From an uncultured Thermomicrobiales bacterium (GTDB taxonomy: Bacteria; Chloroflexota; Chloroflexia; Thermomicrobiales; UBA6265): DNA of 64,000 bases. The stretch is from NCBI GenBank assembly GCA_964244115.1, contig CAXTHM010000008.1, forward strand, positions 407 through 64,406, given 5' to 3'. The position numbers and the translations under genes are program-made. Positions within the stretch are counted from its first letter, which is position 1, and every line of letters starts with the position of its first letter. This document shows, one piece after another, positions 19,134 through 27,560 of this stretch. The notes beneath the pieces are model-generated. The model had not been told where the DNA came from and ran no database searches. It saw only the letters and a program-made list of their open reading frames with translations.

Positions 19134-21212
19134 TTACTGGACGGTCAGCTTGCCAACCATACCGGCCTCGGCGTGACCCGGAACCGTGCAGAGGTAGGTG
19201 TACTCGCCGGCCGGGAGGTTGACGATGATCGTCTCGCTCTCGCCGCCGTTGAGCAGCTTCGTGCCGAAGTCGGTGTCATCGACCACCCAGTTGTGCTGGA
19301 GGGCGCCGTTGTTGATCCCGTTGACCGTCACATCGGTGTCGGCGGGGAAGGTCAGCGTCTTGGGATCGAACGCGAGGTCGATCATCAGGACGTCGAACGT
19401 CGTCCCGCCGGCGGCATCACCGGTCGTCGCGGCCGGGGTGGCCTCCTCGGTCTCCGGCGTCGCGGCGCCGGCCTCCGGGGTGGCCTGGACCGTGCCGCCG
19501 ATCTTGAGGACGATCAGCTCCTGGACGAGCTCCGGGGCCGGGCTGTAGGTGTCGGAGGAAGCCAGCAGCGGCCCACCGGCCGGGATCAGCAGATAGTCGC
19601 CGGACGCGGCCAGCGGGGCGTTGATGCCGGCGGAGGCCTGGAAGCGGAAGACCTCGCTGCCATCGGCGGTGCTGTAGCCATGGAGGATGCCATCGAGACC
19701 GGCCGAGAAGACGACGTCGTTCACGACCGTCGCGCCGGCGAGCTGCCCGGTCGGCTGGGCGACGTCCCAGAGGATGTCACCGGTCGCGGCGTCGAGGGCG
19801 ACGAGCTGGCCCGTCGTGTTGGCGATGTCGATGCTGGTCGCGTCAAGCTCGGACTGCGAGTAGACGGACGCCATGTTGTAGACCGGGGCGTAGATCACGC
19901 CGTCCGCGTAGGCGAACGGGGTCTCGACGCCGCCGAGGGTGCCAGGGAAGACCTCGACGGTGCTGCCGTCGGTCGGGAGCTCCTGGAGGTCGTCGTTCTG
20001 GTGGCGCCCGACCGGGGTCCGCCAGACTTCCTCACCGGTCTCGGAGTTGGCCGCGACGACCAGGCCGTGCTTGCCCGAGGCGAAGACCATCGGGGTATCG
20101 GTCCCGTCGACGCTGACCGTCGCCACGATCGGCGAGAGGTGGTTGTCGAGGTCGAAGATGTCGAACGGCTTGACGTTGATGAACCAGTCGATCCCGGCGG
20201 TGGCGGGGTTGATCCGCATCAGGGCGTTGGCGTAGTCATTGTCGCCGGGACGGCTGGAGCCGGCCGGGAACTCCGCGGTGCCGGGGTAGGGGGCGGCGTT
20301 GGCGATGCCGACGTAGATGTTGCCGGCCTCGTCGAAGGAGGGCGGGTGCCAGAGCCCACCGCCGGAGTTAATCCGGGCGTTGTTCCAGAGGTTGTCGACG
20401 ACCGTGTCGAAGTACCAGATCACCTGGCCGGTCGAGGCATCCATGGCGAAGATGATGCCGCGCTGGCCGCCGTTGTAGAAGGCCTCGGGCGTGCCGGGGA
20501 TGTTGCTGATGTAGAGGGTGTTGTCGTACACGATCGGCGCCATCGTGATGCCTTCGAACCGGAACCCCTGGATGTTGGAGCGCCAGATCTCCGAACCGTC
20601 GCTGGCGTTCACGGCCACGACATCGCCGGTGCCGCCGAGCGAGAAGTAGACGCGGCCATAGGCGTTGGCCGTGCCGTTCGGGCCGCCGGAGGGAACGGGA
20701 GAATCGTAGATGTTGGTCCAGACGCTCTCACCCGTCTCCAGATCGAGCGCGTAGACGTTGCTCTGGGCATCGTGGAGGTAGATCGTCCCATCGACGATCG
20801 TCGGGTTGGCGACGAGGGCGCCGTAGGTCGCGGAGGTCGGGACGGCGAACCGCCAGGCCTCGCCGAGCTGTCCGATGTTCTCGGAGCTGATCGAGCTGCC
20901 CTGAACGTTGCGGGTGCCCTGGAGGTCGTAGTTCTCGGCCGACCAGTTGGTCGGGGTGTCGAACTCGGGCGGGACGGCGGGGCCGACGGGGACGACGGTC
21001 GGGAACTGGGCGCCGGTCGACTCGGCCGAGTCATTGCCGGACGAACTGTCGGGCGGCTCCGGGGTCGCCTCATCCTGGGCGAAACCACGGGTGGCGCCGA
21101 CGAGGACCGCGCCGGAGGCGGCGGCGACACCGACGAACGAGCGCCGACCGAGCCGCTTGCGGGCCTCGGCGGTCTCTTCGTTCACGGACGGGGACATGCC
21201 ATCATTGACCAT
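19134..21212 (-). CDS. PQQ-type beta-propeller fused to a C-terminal type-1 copper (cupredoxin) domain
   Basis: Paralog of 14490..16256. The C-terminal ~100 aa carry candidate T1 Cu ligands in ALQHNW and YLCTVPGHAEAGM. Tat signal GRRSFVGVAAASGA. AAGGAG RBS. Confidence 0.85.
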   Translation of the reverse strand: MVNDGMSPSVNEETAEARKRLGRRSFVGVAAASGAVLVGATRGFAQDEATPEPPDSSSGNDSAESTGAQFPTVVPVGPAVPPEFDTPTNWSAENYDLQGTRNVQGSSISSENIGQLGEAWRFAVPTSATYGALVANPTIVDGTIYLHDAQSNVYALDLETGESVWTNIYDSPVPSGGPNGTANAYGRVYFSLGGTGDVVAVNASDGSEIWRSNIQGFRFEGITMAPIVYDNTLYISNIPGTPEAFYNGGQRGIIFAMDASTGQVIWYFDTVVDNLWNNARINSGGGLWHPPSFDEAGNIYVGIANAAPYPGTAEFPAGSSRPGDNDYANALMRINPATAGIDWFINVKPFDIFDLDNHLSPIVATVSVDGTDTPMVFASGKHGLVVAANSETGEEVWRTPVGRHQNDDLQELPTDGSTVEVFPGTLGGVETPFAYADGVIYAPVYNMASVYSQSELDATSIDIANTTGQLVALDAATGDILWDVAQPTGQLAGATVVNDVVFSAGLDGILHGYSTADGSEVFRFQASAGINAPLAASGDYLLIPAGGPLLASSDTYSPAPELVQELIVLKIGGTVQATPEAGAATPETEEATPAATTGDAAGGTTFDVLMIDLAFDPKTLTFPADTDVTVNGINNGALQHNWVVDDTDFGTKLLNGGESETIIVNLPAGEYTYLCTVPGHAEAGMVGKLTVQ

Positions 21213-21473
21213 GACCAGAGGACTCCTTGACGAGCTAACGGGGGCCAACTCCGGCTCCCCGTACGTATGACCATGAAATGATATGACTACTCGGTCGTCT
21301 ACGCAATACTTCGATTAAGCGAACATTCGTTTGAATGGAATACTTTCAGATTCCGGATACCTGCGAACCGAAGGGGTGCGGCCGAGGCAACCGGACGATC
21401 GGTTCGACACGAAACCGGGCCCGCCAGGATGACTGGCGGGCCCGGTTCTCTCATAGACGCTCGGGCGATTCGC

Positions 21474-21575
21474 GGGAACCTGCCGAGCCGACGCCGCATG
21501 GGACGGGTGAGCGAGCGAGTCCATCTCGGGCCGGGTGGTGGGGACCGCTTCGCCACCCGGACGCTTCGAGATGCC
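21474..21575 (+). repeat. REP-A copy 3 (variant)
   Basis: GGGAACCTGCCGAGCCGACGCCGCATGGGACGGGTGAGCGAGCGAG ... GCCACCCGGACGCTTCGAGATGCC. Confidence 0.65.
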
Positions 21576-21620
21576 ACCAGCGCCAGCGGAAGAGTGCGGG
21601 GTGATCCCGGAGCCGACCGG

Positions 21621-22958
21621 TTACCGACGAGGCGGTCGGGTCGGGGTCGGGGTCGGCTGCACCGGCGTGGCGGTCGGCTGGGTCGGAGCACTGGTCGCGC
21701 GCGGCGGCCGGGTCGGCGTCCCCGTCGGACGGGTCGGTACCGCCGTCGCGGTCGGTGCGCTCGTCCTGGTAACGGTGTAGGTGCGCGTACTGACCGAAGT
21801 ATTGCCCTCGGCGTCCCGCGCCCGCGCCGTCAGCGTCCAGGTCCCCGGCGCCGTCTGATATCCGTAGACCCGGCACTGGATGGCATCGCTCGCGGTGCAG
21901 GTCGGCTCGGCGGGCAGGTTGGCCTGGGTGTAGCTCCGGGCGGGCTGCGGACCGCCGACCCAGGTGATCACTGGCCCGGCCCTGTCGATCCGGACGATGA
22001 AACTGGCCCTTGCGACATTCCCGGACAGGTCGCGGGCCACGCAGGTCACCGTCGTCGTCCGGGCGAAGGCACTGCCGGAGGCCGGTGTGCAGTTCACCGG
22101 ACGCACCCCGTCGATGACATCGGTGGCGGTGATGGCGGCCCAGGTGACGATGGTCGACGGGCCGGTCGCGACGACGGTCAGGACGCCGTCGATCCCGGGC
22201 AGGGTGCCGACGACCGGAGCCGCCGTGTCCGCGACGGTGACCGTGAAGCTGTCGCTGACGGTGTCGTCTTGGGAATCGGTCGCCGAGCAGGTCACGGTCG
22301 TGACGCCCAACGCGAAGGTAGCGGGTGAGACGACCGGGCTCCCGTCCGCGAGGCAGGTGACGGGCAGGGTCTGCCGCTCGGCATCGGTCGCGGAGACGTC
22401 GAACGGGACGCTGGCCCCGGCGGAACTGGTCGCCTCCACGGTGATGTCGTCCGGAACGGAGACGGTCAGGACCGGATCCTCGACGACGATGGTGATCGTC
22501 GCGGCCGCACCGCCGTAGGCCTGGGCGTTGTACCCCCTAGTGAGGGCATTGATCTGGATGAGGCGCAGATAGCTGGTTCCCGCCGAGACGGCGATGACCT
22601 CGAACTCGGCGCGCGCGATGCCCTGATCGTTGCACTTCAGCTCTGAAAGGAGGAAGGAGATCGGCAGAGTCATGCCGTCGACGGTCACCCCCGAGCCATC
22701 AACCCCGATGTAGGTTGAGATCTCGCGGCCCGGTGCGCAGAAGTCAGGGTCGGTTCCGTTGTCTCCGATCACGAACGCGACGGTTTGCACGTCACCGACA
22801 TCGAGGGCGACGGGGTCACCGCTATTGGTGACCGGGTCGGTCGCCAGGGCGGCGCCGCCGAGAACGAGCGCGCCGGCGAAGACGATCAGCAGGAGCGCGA
22901 CGGTGCGCCACGCCCGGCCAGGGAGCGGGACCCGACCCGACAGGGAACGGGCGGACAT
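21621..22958 (-). CDS. HYR/Ig-like repeat surface protein with PT-rich C-terminus
   Basis: Repeated HYR-like units (VTCxATD...D.FTVTV). Signal-anchor WRTVALLLIVFAGALVLGGAALA. Start uncertain (22958-23003). Confidence 0.7.
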   Translation of the reverse strand: MSARSLSGRVPLPGRAWRTVALLLIVFAGALVLGGAALATDPVTNSGDPVALDVGDVQTVAFVIGDNGTDPDFCAPGREISTYIGVDGSGVTVDGMTLPISFLLSELKCNDQGIARAEFEVIAVSAGTSYLRLIQINALTRGYNAQAYGGAAATITIVVEDPVLTVSVPDDITVEATSSAGASVPFDVSATDAERQTLPVTCLADGSPVVSPATFALGVTTVTCSATDSQDDTVSDSFTVTVADTAAPVVGTLPGIDGVLTVVATGPSTIVTWAAITATDVIDGVRPVNCTPASGSAFARTTTVTCVARDLSGNVARASFIVRIDRAGPVITWVGGPQPARSYTQANLPAEPTCTASDAIQCRVYGYQTAPGTWTLTARARDAEGNTSVSTRTYTVTRTSAPTATAVPTRPTGTPTRPPRATSAPTQPTATPVQPTPTPTRPPRR

Positions 22959-23578
22959 ATACGACCAACCAGCAGCGTGCCGCCCAACCATGACAACCTC
23001 CATGACAACGGGGAATGGATCCGACGGACAGGGTGACACGCGCCACCGAGGGTGGCAGCCCGGCCGGAACGAGCCCATCAGTACTATCGAGGGCATGCGC
23101 GCTGCATATTAGACGATAGGTATCGATGTTGTCGAAATCGCTGATTTCCCCGTGAGAGCGGTTTTCACGAATCCTGTCCTTGGCGAGCGCCTGGCCCCTC
23201 CTCACCCGGCTCCGGCAGCGCCGTCCGCGGGCGACGCCGCCTGGACCGGATGGGGAGGTGGAACAGCCGCGGCCACCCCCTGTGAGCCATGCTGACAGTC
23301 ACCTCTCGGATGGGTCTTTCGTCGGGACGACGGGACGCGCGAACGGAACCAACCATGCTGCCGGTTCAGGCGAACCTGTCGCGACGGCCGGCTGGGTCGC
23401 GTCGCGAGGGCAAGGCGCGATCCGGTCAGATCGTCAGCAGGCGGGGGTCATCGGATCAGCGGTCGCTGGGACCGGGGTCGGCGGCGTGAGCGGGATCGGC
23501 ACGTTCCCGCCGCCCACGGCGCGGCAGGTCCGGGTCGCGACGGGGCTGTTGCCCTGGGCTTCCGGCGGGTTACGCGGC

Positions 23579-23638
23579 AAGCGTCTGGGTGGCGGCAGAC
23601 CGCTCACCCGCCCCATGCGGCGTCGGCTCGCAGGTGCC
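23579..23638 (-). repeat. REP-A copy 4 (variant, inverted, shorter)
   Basis: The reverse complement reads GGCACCTGCGAGCCGACGCCGCATGGGGCGGGTGAGCGGTCTGCCGCCACCCAGACGCTT. Confidence 0.65.
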
Positions 23639-23744
23639 TGGAGAGGTCTGCGATCGAGCGCCTCGACTGGAGCCGTCGGATAGCAGGACCACGGTCGATC
23701 CGGCCGTCCCACTAACGGACGAGATCCGACGCGTGCCGATGCGT

Positions 23745-23780
23745 GCCGACGCCTCCGGATCTGCATCCGGAGGCGTCGGC
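23745..23780 (-). terminator. Stem-loop downstream of the LPXTG protein gene
   Basis: Perfect 16-bp inverted repeat GCCGACGCCTCCGGAT / ATCCGGAGGCGTCGGC with a 4-nt loop. Confidence 0.55.
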
Positions 23781-23817
23781 GGGGAGCGTCGGGTAGTGGG
23801 GACGACTGGCCGCGCCG

Positions 23818-25005
23818 TTACCGGCGGCGGACTCGCAGGGCACCGGCGCCGAGTAGCGCCAGGGCCGTCCCGAACAGCGCGAGCCAGAGCAGGGTCCCGG
23901 ACACACCCGACCGCGGCGCGGTGCCGACACCGGTGTTCGGCAGGGTGCTGGTGCCGGTGCTGGCCGCCGGGGCCGCGCTCGGCATGCTCGTCCCGTCGTC
24001 GCTCACCACGGCGGAGGCGCTGGCGACGGCCGACGCCGGTTGGACGGCGACGTAACGGGTGACGTCGACATCGAGCGTCTCGTCGCCGGTCAACAGGTAG
24101 TCGGGCGAGCCGTAGGAGCCGTCGTCCGGCTCCGCCACTTCATAGATGAAGAAGGGAGCGTCCGTCTCGGCATCGAGCACGACGATGCCATCGGCGTCAG
24201 TGCTGTCCTCATCGAGGATCGTGTCGGTCGCGCTATCGACCACGACGAACGTCAGTTCCCCCGCGGTCGCCGGGCGGCGGTCGCCAGCCGCCGTCGTCCC
24301 GACGGTCTCCTCATCGGTGTAGACCGTCTCCCCGGCCTGAGCATCGTCCTGCTCGATGAACGCCTGGATGACGACGGCGTCCGGAGCCGGGCTGCCGGCC
24401 GACGGAACGGGGGAGACCGAGGCCGACGGACTGGAACTGGCCGATGGGCTGATCGACGCTGGCGGGCTTGCCGAGGTTGAGGCGGATGGGCCGACCGACG
24501 CCGAGTCGCTCGGAGACGGACTCGACGAAGGGATCGGCGGCGGCGGCGCGAGGATGCTGATCGACACCGTCGTGAGATTGCCGTCGCTGGCGCCGTCGTC
24601 CGGCGTGTAGGTGAACGAATCCGGGCCAGCGTACCCGGGGTTCGGTGTGTAGGTGAACCCACCGTCCCTCCCCAGCGCCAGCGTCCCGTTCGTCGTCGGC
24701 GTGACCACGTTTGCCGTCAACCTATCGCCATCCGGATCCGTGTCGTTGGCGAGCAACCCGCCACTGCCGCCCGGGACGATTAATGGCGTGTTCAGGAGGG
24801 CCGTGTAGAAGTCCGGGGCTCCGGTTGGCGGGGTGTTCGGCGTGACGAGTGCGCCCTCGATGGTATTCGAGGAGTACTGACCGGTCTGCGGCTCGAGGAC
24901 GGCGACGTAGGACGGATAATCGGTTCCGGCCGAGACGATCCGGCCACCCGACAGCAGGGCGACGATCAGGACGACAGGTAACGCGAACGCGAGCAAACGG
25001 TTCAT
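23818..25005 (-). CDS. LPXTG-anchored surface protein with cadherin/VCBS-like domain
   Basis: Signal peptide MNRLLAFALPVVLIVALL. LLANDTDPDGD...FTYTP repeat domain. S/P-rich linker. C-terminal LPNTG, hydrophobic segment and RVRRR sorting signal. Confidence 0.75.
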   Translation of the reverse strand: MNRLLAFALPVVLIVALLSGGRIVSAGTDYPSYVAVLEPQTGQYSSNTIEGALVTPNTPPTGAPDFYTALLNTPLIVPGGSGGLLANDTDPDGDRLTANVVTPTTNGTLALGRDGGFTYTPNPGYAGPDSFTYTPDDGASDGNLTTVSISILAPPPPIPSSSPSPSDSASVGPSASTSASPPASISPSASSSPSASVSPVPSAGSPAPDAVVIQAFIEQDDAQAGETVYTDEETVGTTAAGDRRPATAGELTFVVVDSATDTILDEDSTDADGIVVLDAETDAPFFIYEVAEPDDGSYGSPDYLLTGDETLDVDVTRYVAVQPASAVASASAVVSDDGTSMPSAAPAASTGTSTLPNTGVGTAPRSGVSGTLLWLALFGTALALLGAGALRVRRR

Positions 25006-25333
25006 GGGAGTCCTCTCGGCTGGCAGGTGAGCGGCGACCGGACGGTCCCTGTCCCGGCGACGGGTCGAAAGGGCGTCCAGACAGCAGGTAACGGAGCCAT
25101 TCTGGGCAAGGATCGCGCGCTCGTCAATGGCCGTGTCGCTCGTCCCGGTCGGTCTGACCGACGATCCTCGGGCAGACACAGCGCGGGGACGTGCGGCGAT
25201 GCAAGACGCCGCCATCGCGGGTGAATCCGTGGATCATGGCGTCGAACGGGAGGATGTCCAGCGGGTGCGGCATACTGACCTCCGCGATGATCCGTCCCGG
25301 TAAGGGTCCGGAATGCATGTATGGAGCAGATGG

Positions 25334-25780
25334 ATGACGACGATGGACGCGGCCCGGCATATCCTGGTCATCAACGACTCGCCGGACATCCTGAACCTGT
25401 TCACCGAGCTGCTCACGGACGAGGGGTATCGGGTCACGACGGACACGTTCACGGTCGAGATGAGCATCCTCTATGACCACATCACTCAGATTCAGCCGGA
25501 CCTGATCATCCTGGACATGATCATCGGCCGGGAGGACCTCGGCTGGCAGTTGACCCAGATGCTGAAGATGTCCCCGAAGACCGACGGGATCCCGCTAATC
25601 CTCTGCACCGGCGCGGTCAAGCAGGTCGAGCAGCTGGCGACCCATCTGAACAATCTCGCGATCGGGGTGGTCCTCAAGCCGTTCGTGATCGACCGACTGC
25701 TGGAGGTGATCGACCGGACCTGGGAGAAGGTCGTCAACCCGGCCTCGCTGTCGCTCATGCCGGACACCGGAGACCTCTAG
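25334..25780 (+). CDS. Stand-alone CheY-like response regulator receiver domain
   Basis: ILVINDSPD ... PDLIILDM ... ILCTG ... KPF receiver motifs. GGAG RBS before the ATG at 25334. Confidence 0.8.
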   Translation: MTTMDAARHILVINDSPDILNLFTELLTDEGYRVTTDTFTVEMSILYDHITQIQPDLIILDMIIGREDLGWQLTQMLKMSPKTDGIPLILCTGAVKQVEQLATHLNNLAIGVVLKPFVIDRLLEVIDRTWEKVVNPASLSLMPDTGDL

Positions 25781-25928
25781 GCACCGTCTGGGCACTCACG
25801 GACCCGCGCCCGACCCGGCGACGTACTGGCCCGAGCCGTGCATGGCCGGAGGACACCCGGACGGTCGGAGCCGACCACGGGAACGTGTCCCGGGCAGCCC
25901 TGTCCGACAGGCGAGAAGGAGTCCCATC

Positions 25929-26429
25929 ATGACGACCAACACCCATGACCATGCCGAGGGCGCCCGGCAGGTCGCCGAACTGATCAGGGGCAATCACCTC
26001 GGGATGCTCAGTACGATCGCCGAGGACGGCACCCTGATGAGCCGGCCGATGGCGCTGCAGGAGGTCGAATTCGACGGCGACCTCTGGTTCTTCACCAGGC
26101 GCGACTCCCGGAAGGTCCGGCAGATCACCACCCATCCTCAGGTCAACGTCACGGTCTCGGCCGCCAGCACCTGGGTGTCGATGACCGGCACCGCCACCAT
26201 GGTCGATGACACGGGCAAGAAGGCGAAGCTGTGGAACGCCGGGGTGGAGGCCTGGTTCCCGGACGGCAAGGACGACCACGACGTCGTGCTGCTCAGGGTC
26301 GAGGGCGAATCGGCCGAATACTGGGACACGCCGGGCGGCCGGGTCGCGAGTCTGATCAGCTTCGCCAAGGCGAAGATCACCGGGAGCCCGTACTCCGGTG
26401 GCGAGAACGAGCGGGTCGATCTGACGTAG
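25929..26429 (+). CDS. Pyridoxamine 5-phosphate oxidase-like / general stress protein 26 family
   Basis: GMLSTIAEDGTLMSRPMA ... LWFFT ... VLLRV pattern. AAGGAG RBS. Confidence 0.85.
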   Translation: MTTNTHDHAEGARQVAELIRGNHLGMLSTIAEDGTLMSRPMALQEVEFDGDLWFFTRRDSRKVRQITTHPQVNVTVSAASTWVSMTGTATMVDDTGKKAKLWNAGVEAWFPDGKDDHDVVLLRVEGESAEYWDTPGGRVASLISFAKAKITGSPYSGGENERVDLT

Positions 26430-26455
26430 CGGGCATCACGCGGTCGAATGCGGGC

Positions 26456-26493
26456 GGGGACGCTCCGAACGAACGATCGTCGGAGACGTCCCC
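26456..26493 (+). terminator. Imperfect stem-loop after the PNPOx-like gene
   Basis: GGGGACG(C)TCCGA ... TCGGA(GA)CGTCCCC, about 12 bp with a bulge. No U-tract. Confidence 0.35.
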
Positions 26494-26703
26494 GTCAGAG
26501 TCATACAGACGATCGTGCCGTCGTGTGGGCCGACCTGTGCGGTCGTCGGCGCCCCGACCCTGGCACCGGCGGCTACGTCGGTGCCAGAGTCGGTCGCGTC
26601 GGCCGGTCGGGACGACAGCGACCATCCCCATGCTTGACACGGACGCCGACCATGCGACGATCCGGCCGATCCGTACCACGTCCGCAGAGAGGCACGGCGC
26701 AGG

Positions 26704-27309
26704 GTGAGCATCCGGGAGCGATGGCGACGACACCGCGCGGAGACCCAGCCGGTCCTGTCCGTCAGCCCGAGCACGGATGACTTCGATCTCGACGCGGACA
26801 TCATTCCGGAGCAGGTCTACCACGACGCGGCGCTGGCCTTTCTCAGCGCCCAGATCCGTTCGAGTGAGGGGCTGGACGGCAAGGCATCGCAGGCGCTGAC
26901 GGTCGGGAGCGCGGCGCTACCGCTCACGATCGCGCTGGTCAACGTCGCCCGAGCCAGCGGCTCCGACGCGGCGGTCGTCTCCCTGGATGGCGTGCCGCTC
27001 GTGCTCTTCATCGTGGCGCTGGTCTTCTACCTTGCGATTCTGCTGTTGAACTTTCGAATCGGGTTCGTCGGCGTTATGCAGTTCGAACCGGCCATGGATG
27101 AACTCAGGCGTAACTATCGGGCGCAGCGCCGCCAGCCACTGGCCGGTCGTGGGCTCAAGGACTGGGTTGCGGATGCCTACATCGAATCCGCTGAAGCGAA
27201 TGCACTCCTGCTCAAACGCAAGATCAGACTCATATCTCTCACCCAATCAGCCCTAGCTCTTGAAGGAGCCGCGCTAGCCCTCGGCGCTGCCTGGGCACTT
27301 CTGAGCTAG
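26704..27309 (+). CDS. Three-TM membrane protein, possibly DUF5706 / Pycsar-effector-like fold
   Basis: GTG start. Amphipathic helix ending LDGKAS, followed by TM1, TM2 (PLVLFIVALVFYLAILLLNF), a basic linker and a C-terminal TM. The family assignment is tentative. Confidence 0.5.
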   Translation: MSIRERWRRHRAETQPVLSVSPSTDDFDLDADIIPEQVYHDAALAFLSAQIRSSEGLDGKASQALTVGSAALPLTIALVNVARASGSDAAVVSLDGVPLVLFIVALVFYLAILLLNFRIGFVGVMQFEPAMDELRRNYRAQRRQPLAGRGLKDWVADAYIESAEANALLLKRKIRLISLTQSALALEGAALALGAAWALLS

Positions 27310-27560
27310 CCCGTCGGCGATCTTCGTCCTCATTGCTGGGCGGGAAGAGCGATGGCGTCTGGTAAAGGAAGTTGGACCCACTCGGGTACGGCATCTCGGG
27401 CGGCAGTGGCCGGAGTCGCGGGGCCGACACTGGCTCCGTGGTCGGTCTGGGTTTCGTCGCGGCCATGATTCGCTCCCCGGCTCAGGGTCGGCCGGGACGC
27501 CGCGGCATCCCGCCCAGAGCCATGTAACCAGTATACCCCTCACTAGATCGACCGATCCGA

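Noticed and set aside
23180-23683. 167-aa plus-strand ORF in the gap between the HYR and LPXTG genes
   Set aside because: It has no RBS or motif support, it spans a REP-A copy, and its composition is low-complexity. It was treated as non-coding.
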